Shown: one piece after another, positions 55,488 through 64,000 of the stretch | How the letters are laid out: each line of letters begins with the position of its first letter | Position numbering within the stretch: position 1 is the first letter of the stretch | Origin: an uncultured Verrucomicrobiae bacterium | GTDB lineage: Bacteria > Verrucomicrobiota > Verrucomicrobiia > Chthoniobacterales > Chthoniobacteraceae | Assembly: GCA_963769025.1 (NCBI GenBank) | Contig: CAVYKI010000009.1 | Location: 352,001 to 416,000 of the forward strand | Direction of reading: 5' to 3' | DNA length: 64,000 bases | The notes under the pieces: model-generated | Told to the model about the DNA's origin: nothing | The model's input: the letters and a program-made list of their open reading frames with translations, nothing else | The model's database searches: none | Position numbers and translations under genes: made by a program

Positions 55488-56882
55488 ATGAACCGGATCG
55501 CCGGCATCGAGACTGAGTACGGTTGCCTCATCAGCAATGGCGGGGAGCGGGGTGAACCGTGGCCGTCGCGGGTGAAGAATCATCTTTTCAAGAAGCTGTG
55601 CGTCGGCGTGCTCGATCAACACTACCGCGACTACGAGGAACCGCCGGGGAATGGGGGATTCCTGCTCAATGGCGGACGGTTTTACCTCGACATGGGTCAC
55701 ATCGAATACGCGACGCCGGAGTGCCGGTCGGTGCGCGATCTGGTGGCGTGCGACCTTGCGGGCGACGCGATGCTGCAGGGCGCGGTGGAGGCGATGGGCG
55801 CGACGGACAGCGTGGCGTTCTTAAAAAACAACATCGATCACCAGACGGGGGCGACGTTCGGCTGCCATGAGAACTACCTGATGCGGCGCGAGACGGATTT
55901 CACCGCGCAAAACACGGCGGCGCTGCTGAGCTTTCTGGCGACGCGGCAGATTTTCACGGGCGCGGGAAGGGTGGGGCAGGCGAGTCCGCTGGCATTCGAA
56001 CTCGAGCCGCTGCCGCCGTATGAGCGGGTGAATTTTCAGATGAGCCAGCGCGCGGATCACATCGTGAACGACATCTACCAGTGGGTGCAGTTCAACCGCG
56101 CCATCATCAACGCGCGTGATGAGCCGCTCGCCGATTACCGGCGTTTCCGGCGGCTGCATCTGCTCATCGGCGACTCAAACATGAGCCCGCTGGCGACGGC
56201 GCTGAAAGTCGGCACGACGCACCTCGTACTCACTCTGCTGGAGGAGGATCTCCTCCCGGCCGATGTGGCGCTGCAGGACGCGGTGCTCTCGACGCGGATG
56301 GTTTCGCGCGCCTGCTGTGCGGATGCGGCGGTCCTCTGCGAAGCGGGGCATTCCGAGACGGCGATGGGGATTCAGGAAAGGTTTCTAGAAGCCGCGCAGT
56401 CGCTCGCCGGGCGCGATGCCGAGACGGACTGGCTGCTCGGCCGCTGGGCGTGGGTGCTCGATGCGCTGCGGCGCGGGGCGACGGAGGAGATGCTCGGCGC
56501 GGTGGACTGGGTGTCGAAGAAATGGCTGCTGGAAACGTTTCGCGCGGAGCAGGGCGTCGCGTGGGATGACCCTTGGCTGGAGAGTCTCGATCTCGAATAT
56601 CACAATCTCAACGCGAGCCGCGGACTCTTTCACGCGCTCCCGGCGCAGGGCGAAGTTGAGTCGTTCAATCGCGACGCATTTCAGCCGGCATTCCTGCGGA
56701 CGGCACCTGCGGATACGCGCGCACACGCGCGGGGGATCGCCGTGGCGCATTGCCTCGAAACGCGGGAACCCTGCGTGATCAACTGGGATTCGATGTCCTT
56801 CGACGCCGCGCGGTCGGTCGCGATGCCGAATCCGCTGGCTACGTATGAGGCGGAAATCCGGAGGACTTTGGGCGGGGACTAG
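55488..56882 (+). CDS. Proteasome accessory factor PafA2 family (Pup ligase/deamidase superfamily)
   Basis: GIETEYG, NGGRFYLDMGHIEYATPEC, KNNID, GCHENY, QRADHI, RAIINARDEPLAD, RRLHLLIGDSN, DLEYH, TRA. Confidence 0.92.
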   Translation: MNRIAGIETEYGCLISNGGERGEPWPSRVKNHLFKKLCVGVLDQHYRDYEEPPGNGGFLLNGGRFYLDMGHIEYATPECRSVRDLVACDLAGDAMLQGAVEAMGATDSVAFLKNNIDHQTGATFGCHENYLMRRETDFTAQNTAALLSFLATRQIFTGAGRVGQASPLAFELEPLPPYERVNFQMSQRADHIVNDIYQWVQFNRAIINARDEPLADYRRFRRLHLLIGDSNMSPLATALKVGTTHLVLTLLEEDLLPADVALQDAVLSTRMVSRACCADAAVLCEAGHSETAMGIQERFLEAAQSLAGRDAETDWLLGRWAWVLDALRRGATEEMLGAVDWVSKKWLLETFRAEQGVAWDDPWLESLDLEYHNLNASRGLFHALPAQGEVESFNRDAFQPAFLRTAPADTRAHARGIAVAHCLETREPCVINWDSMSFDAARSVAMPNPLATYEAEIRRTLGGD

Positions 56883-56932
56883 GGAGGCGCACATCGCGAG
56901 TTGTGCGCGCGCCGGCTCCAACCTTTCCGGGC

Positions 56933-56971
56933 AAAAAGAAGCCCGGCGGCCGCTTGAACGCCCGCCGGGCT
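56933..56971 (-). terminator. Intrinsic terminator of hsp20
   Basis: Minus strand AGCCCGGCGG...CCGCCGGGCT followed by TCTTTTT. Confidence 0.8.
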
Positions 56972-56990
56972 GATTGGTTGCGCCCGTTGC

Positions 56991-57443
56991 TTACGAGACC
57001 TTGACCTCGACGGTCTTGGGCTTGGCTTCCTCAGCCTTCGGGATTTCGACGGTGAGGATGCCGTCCTTGTAAACGGCATTGACCTTGTCGGCACGGACGG
57101 CGGACGGGAGGCTGACGCTGCGGCTGAATTTGCCGTAGTAGCGCTCGCGGCGATGGACCGTCCCTTCCTTCACGGTGTTCTCGCTCTTGCGCTCGCCGGA
57201 GACCGTGAGGACGCCCTCGTGGACGGAGACGTTCATGTCTTCTTTCTTCATCCCGGGGATTTCCAAGGCGACGACATACTTGTCCTTGTCTTCCTGGGCG
57301 TCGAGGGCCGGGGTCCAGTCGGCGAATGACTCCGCCGCCCGGGCGGGAAAGGCGAGGTCAAACAGGCGACCGAAGTGGTCGCGGACGTTGCCGAGGGAAC
57401 TGATGGTGTTGAGTTCGGGGTTGATATAGCGGATGAGGCTCAT
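56991..57443 (-). CDS. Hsp20/alpha-crystallin small heat-shock protein
   Basis: WTPALD, EIPGMKKED, LTVSGER, ERYYGKFSRSVSLP, YKDGILTVEIPK. Confidence 0.96.
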   Translation of the reverse strand: MSLIRYINPELNTISSLGNVRDHFGRLFDLAFPARAAESFADWTPALDAQEDKDKYVVALEIPGMKKEDMNVSVHEGVLTVSGERKSENTVKEGTVHRRERYYGKFSRSVSLPSAVRADKVNAVYKDGILTVEIPKAEEAKPKTVEVKVS

Positions 57444-57488
57444 AGTTGTTGGATTATGGTTTGATGGCTGACTTGCGCAGGGTGTATC

Positions 57489-57504
57489 AGCGAGCGGAAT
57501 GCCA
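57489..57504 (-). promoter_or_regulatory. Putative sigma-54 promoter of hsp20
   Basis: TGGCATTCCGCTCGCT, GG-N10-GC; predicted +1 near 57478. Confidence 0.6.
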
Positions 57505-57595
57505 TCGCGCTATAGGTTGGTTAGGAAAAGCTAGCAAAGCGTGTAGGGAGAATTAGAAACGAAAGAAAAACCGCCGAAGTCGTGAACTGTCTAAA

Positions 57596-57652
57596 GGGCC
57601 ACTATGGCCCTTGTCTGCATCCGTGCCGCAGCGTCTTGAGCGACAATATGGC
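57596..57652. promoter_or_regulatory. Putative upstream activator sites
   Basis: Palindrome GGGCCA-CTA-TGGCCC (57596-57610) and related GACA-ATA-TGGC (57642-57652), about 90-150 bp upstream of the -24 element. Confidence 0.4.
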
Positions 57653-58636
57653 CTACTGCTTTAGCAGGTCCTGCATTTCCTTCATCCGGCCCACGTAGAA
57701 TCCCACGATCTGCCATGCGATGTAGCCGAGAATGGCGATGTAGAGAAGGCGTGGGACCCATTCAGCGATGGCGTCGAGCCGCCGCATGGCCGCGACCCGA
57801 TAGGTCTCGCCGATGCGACTCAGTTCGCGATCCAGTTCGCCAGTCGCTTCGCCGACTTGGAAGGCGCGGATGAATGGCTCTGGAAAGGCACCGGTCTCGG
57901 CGAGGGCGGTGCCGACCTGCCCCCCGGAACGGACCGCAGGCAGCGCGCGCGCGACGGAGGCACGCAGGATGGCGCTCGCGCTTGCAGTGGAGGCGACATC
58001 GAGGCTGCCGAGGACGTTCACGCCGGCCTCGAGTTGCAGATGATACGCGGTGCTGAATCGGCTGATCGCGAATGCGCGGCGAAGCTTTCCGAAAACCGGG
58101 AGCGCCCGGAGGAGGCGGTCGAGGACGACATTCCGTTCCGCTGCCGCGTGGAGACCGCGGATCAGAGCGGCTGTGCCAAAAATGGTCAGCCACAGCCCGC
58201 CAACGGAAATCCAGAGCACGCGGAGGAACGAATCAACGCCGCCATCCGGCGCGAAGATGACCGGAAGGGCGAGGGTGACGAACGCGATGTGCAGGACGAA
58301 AAGCGGATACGCCATCTGCTTCCACATCCGGCCCCTGGCCTCGGCGATTGCGGCGTAATATTCGGACACATGTGCGAGGCTGATTTCCAGGCGGCCCGAA
58401 CGGTCTCCCGCGGCGAAGACGCCCGCATCCAGCGGCGCGATGAGCGGCGCGCCAGCCGCGAGCGCTTCGCTGACGGTGGCGCCTCGATTGAGGGCGGCTT
58501 TGATCGCAGTGAGCCCGGTGCGGCCGGGGCCGCGTGTGAAGCTGGCGAGTTTTTCGATGGCCTTCGGGAAGGGCGTGCCGCTGCGCACGAGTTGGCCGAG
58601 TTCGTGGTAGAGGGAGGCCTTTTCGCTCGGGTGCAT
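57653..58636 (-). CDS. Type II secretion system F / PilC family protein
   Basis: ELGQLVRSGTPF, AGDRSGRLE, MAYP, QVGEATGELD; two GspF-type repeats. Confidence 0.9.
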   Translation of the reverse strand: MHPSEKASLYHELGQLVRSGTPFPKAIEKLASFTRGPGRTGLTAIKAALNRGATVSEALAAGAPLIAPLDAGVFAAGDRSGRLEISLAHVSEYYAAIAEARGRMWKQMAYPLFVLHIAFVTLALPVIFAPDGGVDSFLRVLWISVGGLWLTIFGTAALIRGLHAAAERNVVLDRLLRALPVFGKLRRAFAISRFSTAYHLQLEAGVNVLGSLDVASTASASAILRASVARALPAVRSGGQVGTALAETGAFPEPFIRAFQVGEATGELDRELSRIGETYRVAAMRRLDAIAEWVPRLLYIAILGYIAWQIVGFYVGRMKEMQDLLKQ

Positions 58637-58742
58637 CGGACGCACGATGCCCGCGCACCGGCCCATGGCAAGCGAGTTGGCGCGGTGCGGCAACTCTCAT
58701 GTTGCACGTGGGCGAAGTTTTGCGATGCTCCGCGTCCCTTGC

Positions 58743-61223
58743 ATGTGGGATACGAATAGACCGAAAAAGCGCTGGTTCCTCCGGTGGTGGTTCACCATAC
58801 CGGTCCTCACCATTTTGCTCGCAGCGGTGGTCGGGGCGGTCATTTTTTACAAGGTGAAGTGGGAATTCGAGGCACAGGCACGGGAGTTCGATTACACGCG
58901 CCTCGAGGCGATGGAGTCGGCGAGCGTGATTCTGGACCGGCACGGGAACCTGCTCGGCCGTATTTTTACGCAAAATCGGGATCAGGTGGCATTCGAACGC
59001 CTTGCGCCGACCCTCCTGGAGGCGGTGGTCGCGGCGGAGGATGCGCGCTTCTACGAGCACACGGGCGTGGATGTGCGCGGCGTGGTGCGGGCCGTGTATG
59101 AGAACTGGCGCGCGGGCAAGGACAAGCAGGGAGCGAGCACGCTCACGCAGCAGCTGGCGCGCAATACCTTCCCGGAGCAACTCCCGCCGACCGACCGGAC
59201 GAAGGCGCGCAAGCTGCGGGAGATGTTCGTCGCGCGGGAGATCGAGCGGCGTTGCAGCAAGCAGCAGATCCTCGAACTCTACCTGAACCGGGTGTATTTC
59301 GGGAATGGCTTCTTCGGCGCGCAGGCTGCGGCGAAAGGTTACTTTGGCAAAAATGCCTCGGAGCTGGAGTACAGCGAATCGGCGATGCTATGCGGGCTGC
59401 TGCGGAGTCCCGACCGGCTCTCGCCGTGGCGCAATTACACCGCGTGCATCGACGAGCGGAACCGTGTGCTGAACCGGCTTCTCGAACTGAACCGCATGAC
59501 CCGGGAGCAGTATGACAAGGCTTTCGCCGAGGAGCCGGAGCTGAAGAACAAGCGGCCGATTCACCAGGAAAACTACCCCGCGGACCTGGTGTACCAGCAG
59601 GTGCTGAAAATCGTGGGCCGCGACCGCGCGACGAGCGAAGGCCTTCGGATTTACACGACGCTCGATTCGGCGCTCCAAAAAAAGGCGGAGGAGTCCCTGC
59701 GTGCGGAACTCAACGCGGTGGAGCAGCGGCCCGACTATCCGCACCAGACGCTCGCGCAGTTCACGCGCATTTTCGAGGCTGCAAACAAGACGCCGACGGA
59801 TGCCCAAGGCCGGCGCCTCAATCCCGAGTATCTCCAGGGCGCGGCGCTGGTGCTGAACAACAAGACCGGCGGCATCCTCGCGATGGTCGGCGGGCGCGAT
59901 TTTCAGCAGAGCGAGCTGAACCGCATCCGCCAGGTGCAGTTGCCGCCCGGAACCGCGTTCAAGCCGGTCGTCTATGCCGCCGCTTTTGAAAAGGGCATGT
60001 TCCCCGGGACGGCCGTGGAGGACATGGTGATGGATAACACGAAGGTGATGATCGGCGGCACCACGGGCATCCTCGGCGAGTGGGGGCCGGAACGTGCGGA
60101 CAATCGCTTCGAGGGCACCATCTCCGCGCGCACCGCGCTCGTGAAATCGAAGAACGCCGCCACGGTGCGGCTCGGAATGGCCACCGGCTTGAAGGAGGTG
60201 CTCGATCTCGCCGACGATGCCGGCATTTCCAGCGAACTCGCCGCGTATCCGCGCACCTACCTCGGCGGCAGCGAGGTCGTGCCGATGGACCTCGTCCTCG
60301 CGTACACCATGTTCGCGAACGGCGGCGTGCGTCCGGCGAACACATACATCATCCGGCGCATCGAGGACAAACTGGGCAACGTCATCTTCGAGGAAAAGCC
60401 CGAGACCGTGCGCGTGATCAAGGAGACCACCGCCTTTGAGGTCCATTCATGCCTCGAGCAGGTGCTCGAGCCCGAGGGCACCGCCGAACGAGCGTCCACC
60501 GAACTCGGCCTCAGGCGCTACCCGGTCGCCGGAAAAACGGGCACGGCCTACAACTTCACCGACGCGTGGTTCATCGGCTACAGCAGCGAGATCACCTGCG
60601 GCGTGTGGATCGGCATCGACCAGCAGCGGGGCAAGCCGCGCGCGAGCATCTACCGCGGCGCTTTTGGAAAGGACATCGCGCTGCCCGTGTGGGCGGACAT
60701 CATGAAGGCGTCCTTCGAAACGTACAAGCCCGTGGAATTCGTGCAGCCGAAGGGCATCATCCGCGTTGAGATTTGCCGTTCGAGCGGCGAACTCGCCACC
60801 GACAAGTGTTTCGAAAACGGCGTGCGCACCACCTACCAGGAAATCTGTACGGAAGAGCAGGCGCCGAAGAATCCCTGTTCGACCCACAGCAGCGGCATGG
60901 CTGCGCCACTCGCGGGAAAAGCGGCGCCCGACGGCGTGCTGAAGGCGCGCATCCTCGAGCCGCAGACGCTCAAGAGCATCGCGCTCAAGGAGCCGACGGT
61001 GCTCGGCAACGACCCCTACGGCTCGAACCTCGCGCAGGAGCGTCAGGCGCAGCTCGCCGCCGTCGGCAACGGGCAGGCACCGCTGATCACCGTGGGAGTC
61101 GCCCCGAACGGCAGCGACCCGATCCCCGCGCGCGATGTCCCGCCGCCGCGCCCGATCGTCGTCCCGCCTCCGCCAAACTCCGAGGTGAAGCTGACCCAGC
61201 CCGAGCCGCTGAAGTTCGACTAG
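58743..61223 (+). CDS. Penicillin-binding protein 1A (transglycosylase/transpeptidase)
   Basis: AAEDARFYEH, GASTLTQQLARN, ILELYLNRVYFG, PGTAFKP, SKN, AGKTGT. Confidence 0.93.
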   Translation: MWDTNRPKKRWFLRWWFTIPVLTILLAAVVGAVIFYKVKWEFEAQAREFDYTRLEAMESASVILDRHGNLLGRIFTQNRDQVAFERLAPTLLEAVVAAEDARFYEHTGVDVRGVVRAVYENWRAGKDKQGASTLTQQLARNTFPEQLPPTDRTKARKLREMFVAREIERRCSKQQILELYLNRVYFGNGFFGAQAAAKGYFGKNASELEYSESAMLCGLLRSPDRLSPWRNYTACIDERNRVLNRLLELNRMTREQYDKAFAEEPELKNKRPIHQENYPADLVYQQVLKIVGRDRATSEGLRIYTTLDSALQKKAEESLRAELNAVEQRPDYPHQTLAQFTRIFEAANKTPTDAQGRRLNPEYLQGAALVLNNKTGGILAMVGGRDFQQSELNRIRQVQLPPGTAFKPVVYAAAFEKGMFPGTAVEDMVMDNTKVMIGGTTGILGEWGPERADNRFEGTISARTALVKSKNAATVRLGMATGLKEVLDLADDAGISSELAAYPRTYLGGSEVVPMDLVLAYTMFANGGVRPANTYIIRRIEDKLGNVIFEEKPETVRVIKETTAFEVHSCLEQVLEPEGTAERASTELGLRRYPVAGKTGTAYNFTDAWFIGYSSEITCGVWIGIDQQRGKPRASIYRGAFGKDIALPVWADIMKASFETYKPVEFVQPKGIIRVEICRSSGELATDKCFENGVRTTYQEICTEEQAPKNPCSTHSSGMAAPLAGKAAPDGVLKARILEPQTLKSIALKEPTVLGNDPYGSNLAQERQAQLAAVGNGQAPLITVGVAPNGSDPIPARDVPPPRPIVVPPPPNSEVKLTQPEPLKFD

Positions 61224-61277
61224 CCTCCGCCCTTCCCTCGCGCCTTTCACCAGTCCGGCGCGCATCCCACTTTCCTC

Positions 61278-63671
61278 ATGAACATCCGACACATCGCCAT
61301 CCTCGCCACGACCCTCACGCTGCCCGCCCTTTCCCTCGCCCAAGGCGAGCCGGCGGCGGTGAAAAATGCAACGCCGGGCAAAAAGCCCGCGATCAAAATC
61401 AAATGGGACGACATGGACCTCGGGCCGTTCTTCACCGGCTGCTACAAGGTCGGTGACAGCACTTCGTTCAAGGGCATCGCCGTCGCCGTCGGCACGAAGG
61501 ACGCGCCCGCGACGATTCTCTTCGACCGCGAGCTCATGCGCTTCCACGCCGCGTGGGAGGGCGGCCTCGCGAATTTCCCGCGCGCTCGCGGCGGCCTCGA
61601 AGGCCAGATCGGCGCGGCTGGCGACGTGAGCCTTTCCGCCGGCTGGGCGACGGGGTGGGGGACGCAAATCGCCGACGACCCGCGCACGGATCACCAGGGC
61701 TCCGTCGCGGGCCTGAAGTGGCGCGGCGTGTACACCAGCGGCCCGCACACGGTGCTCAGCTACTCCGTCGGCAAGCAGTCCGTCCTCGAGCTCCCCGGCA
61801 GCGAGATGCGCGAGGGCATCCGCGTCTTCACGCGCACCTTCACCGTCGCGGCAGGCGCCGACGCCAGGCAACTGTTCCTGCTCGATTCGCAAGGCACGGC
61901 GAAGCCCGGTCCGCACGGCGAAGTCCTCATCGAGAAGGATGGCGAACTCACCGGCGTGGCCGTGCACGGCGGGCTGCAAGGCGGGAGGCTCGCCGTGGAG
62001 AACGGGCGCACCGTTTTCAATCTCCCGGCGCTGAGTGCGCCCGCGACCTTCCAAATCGCCTTTGCCGTTGCTCCGCCCGCCGACATGGCAAAGCTCGGCC
62101 GTGCGCTGACACGGAAGGGCGAACTCGCTGAGGTCTCCAATTTCACCAAGCCCGGCCCCGCCCGATGGGGTGCGCCGCTCGAAGTCCCCGGCAAACCCGG
62201 CGACAGCGCGCAGGCCTATGTCGTGGACGACATCCCGCTGCCCGACGAAAACCCCTTCAAAAGCTGGATGCGCCCCGGCGGCCACGACTTCCTGCCCGAC
62301 GGCACCGCGGTCATCGTGAACCTCAGCGGCGACGTGTGGATCGTCTCCGGGCTCGATGAGAAGCTCGAGCACGTGAAGTGGAAGCGTTTTGCCACCGGCC
62401 TCTTCCAGCCGCTCGGCTGCCGCGTGGTGGATGGGAAAATCTACGTCCTCGGCCGCGACCAGATCACGCGGCTGCACGATCTCAATGGGGACGGCGAGGC
62501 GGACTGGTACGAGAACTTCAACAGCGACTGCATCGTCACGGAGAACTACCACGAGTTCGCGCTCGATCTGGAGACCGACAGCAAGGGCAACTTTTACTAC
62601 GCCAAAGGCTCCCCGTGGACGCCGACGAACAAAAGCCCGCACCAGGGCACGATGATCAAGGTCAGCAAGGACGGCGCAAAGCTCGAAGTCATCGCCGACG
62701 GTCTCCGCGCTCCGAACGGCCTCGGCATGGGCCCCGGCGACGTCCTCACCGTCAGCGACAACCAGGGCCACTGGATGCCCACGAACCGCGTGAACATCGT
62801 CAAGCCCGGCGGCTTCTACGGCATGACGCCGGCCGCGCATCGCGAGCTGCTCTTCAAGCGCGCCGACGGCACCACCTTCACCGCGAATCCCTCGCTGCAA
62901 TCCGCGCGCGACGAATTCAAGACCGAGTTCTGGGGCAAGAGCGACACGCCCGTTCCAGCGAACGGCGCCGACCTTCCGCTCTTCTGGCTGCCCATGGACA
63001 TCGACAATTCCTCCGGCGGCGAAGTCTGGGCGCCGCCCGGCGCAAAATGGGGCCCGTGGGGCGGCCGCATGCTCCAGACCAGCTACGGAAAGTGCAGCCT
63101 CTTCGGCGTGACGATGGAGACCGTGGACGGCGTCGAGCAGGGCGGCCTCGTGCGCTTTCCGCTCACGTTCAAGAGCGGCATCATGCGCGAGCGCTTCAGC
63201 CCGCTCGACGGCCAGCTCTACGTCACCGGCCTCAACGTCTGGCAGAGCAGCGCCGCAAAGGACGGCTGCTTCCAGCGCGTCCGCTACACTGGCAAGCCCG
63301 TCACCATGCCCATCGGCTTCGCGACGAAGCCAAACGGCGCCGAGATCACCTTCACCGCCCCGCTCGATCCCGCCAGCGCCGGCGACGCCGGCAACTGGAG
63401 CGCCGAGCAATGGAACTACGCATGGACCGGTGCCTACGGCTCGCCCGAATTCTCCGTCCGCGACCCGAAAAAGCGCGGCAAAGACCGCATCGAAGTCACC
63501 AAGGCCACCGTCAGCGCCGACAAAAGGAGCGTCCTCCTCGAACTCAGCGACCGCGCCCCCGCGATGACGCTGCGCATCAAGTGCAACGTAAAGGCCGCCG
63601 ACGGCACCGACGTAAAATCCCAGCTCGACGAAACCATCCACCGCATCCCTGGCCACAAGGTGGCGCAATAG
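61278..63671 (+). CDS. Secreted PVC-type beta-propeller protein (DUF6797-like), no CxxCH
   Basis: Signal peptide; WKRFATGLFQPLG, DLNGDGEADWYENF, GLRAPNG, DNQGHW, DGQLYVTG, YGSPEFS. Confidence 0.75.
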   Translation: MNIRHIAILATTLTLPALSLAQGEPAAVKNATPGKKPAIKIKWDDMDLGPFFTGCYKVGDSTSFKGIAVAVGTKDAPATILFDRELMRFHAAWEGGLANFPRARGGLEGQIGAAGDVSLSAGWATGWGTQIADDPRTDHQGSVAGLKWRGVYTSGPHTVLSYSVGKQSVLELPGSEMREGIRVFTRTFTVAAGADARQLFLLDSQGTAKPGPHGEVLIEKDGELTGVAVHGGLQGGRLAVENGRTVFNLPALSAPATFQIAFAVAPPADMAKLGRALTRKGELAEVSNFTKPGPARWGAPLEVPGKPGDSAQAYVVDDIPLPDENPFKSWMRPGGHDFLPDGTAVIVNLSGDVWIVSGLDEKLEHVKWKRFATGLFQPLGCRVVDGKIYVLGRDQITRLHDLNGDGEADWYENFNSDCIVTENYHEFALDLETDSKGNFYYAKGSPWTPTNKSPHQGTMIKVSKDGAKLEVIADGLRAPNGLGMGPGDVLTVSDNQGHWMPTNRVNIVKPGGFYGMTPAAHRELLFKRADGTTFTANPSLQSARDEFKTEFWGKSDTPVPANGADLPLFWLPMDIDNSSGGEVWAPPGAKWGPWGGRMLQTSYGKCSLFGVTMETVDGVEQGGLVRFPLTFKSGIMRERFSPLDGQLYVTGLNVWQSSAAKDGCFQRVRYTGKPVTMPIGFATKPNGAEITFTAPLDPASAGDAGNWSAEQWNYAWTGAYGSPEFSVRDPKKRGKDRIEVTKATVSADKRSVLLELSDRAPAMTLRIKCNVKAADGTDVKSQLDETIHRIPGHKVAQ

Positions 63672-63749
63672 GAACGGCGCCTTCCCGGCCGCCGTCTTTC
63701 GCCATCAGGAAGCGCCAGCAGTGTCCGTAGCTGTTTGCTGCGGCGCCTG

Positions 63750-64000
63750 GATGGCATGGAAGTGGGCTGGTGGGCTGGTTGGTTCACCGACGAAATGAAA
63801 GGCGATGGGGGGCGGAATGCCACGCCGTCGCGCCGTGCCGGCTGGACGAGCGCCGCGAGCGGGTGAAGACCGACGGGCGCGACGCCACCGCGCTCTGCCA
63901 GCGCCTCTCGCGTTTCGTCGATGGCAACCGGCGGGATCTGGCCATCGTGCGCGTGCCCAGCGAGGAGATGCGGGCGAGGGTGAACGAACTCATCGCCGGC
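63750..64000 (+). mobile_element. Degenerate IS110-family transposase fragment (runs off window)
   Basis: GAECHAVAPCRLDERRERVKTDGRDATALCQRLSRFVDGNRRDLAIVRVPSEE (KTDxxDA motif); frame broken at G-run near 63807; left boundary approximate. Confidence 0.7.

Overview
High-GC bacterial chromosomal segment with about 57 protein-coding genes. Its gene families (PVC-type heme/propeller proteins, prepilin with N-x-x-x-x-D-G-H tail, PafA2, TIGR03790, sulfatases, DUF1080) point to Verrucomicrobiota; this is inference. No rRNA, tRNA or CRISPR array was seen. Housekeeping genes include ileS-lspA, hprK-ptsH-ptsI, gluQ, tgt, rmuC, PBP1A and hsp20. Five genes carry indels, including essential ileS, which most likely reflects assembly error. 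The best unexplained signal is an unannotated ~93-nt minus-strand unit at 21387-21479: a sigma-54 promoter, a long stem-loop starting at the predicted +1, and a C(UUCG)G terminator, i.e. a candidate sigma-54-dependent sRNA. Other notable points: a Tgt-MnmD-like methyltransferase fusion, an orphan PafA2 between a DUF164 gene and a sigma-54-type hsp20, a probable pseudokinase, recurring leaderless promoter architecture, several short repeat elements, a 44-aa ORF missed by the ORF track, and an IS110 remnant at the right edge.
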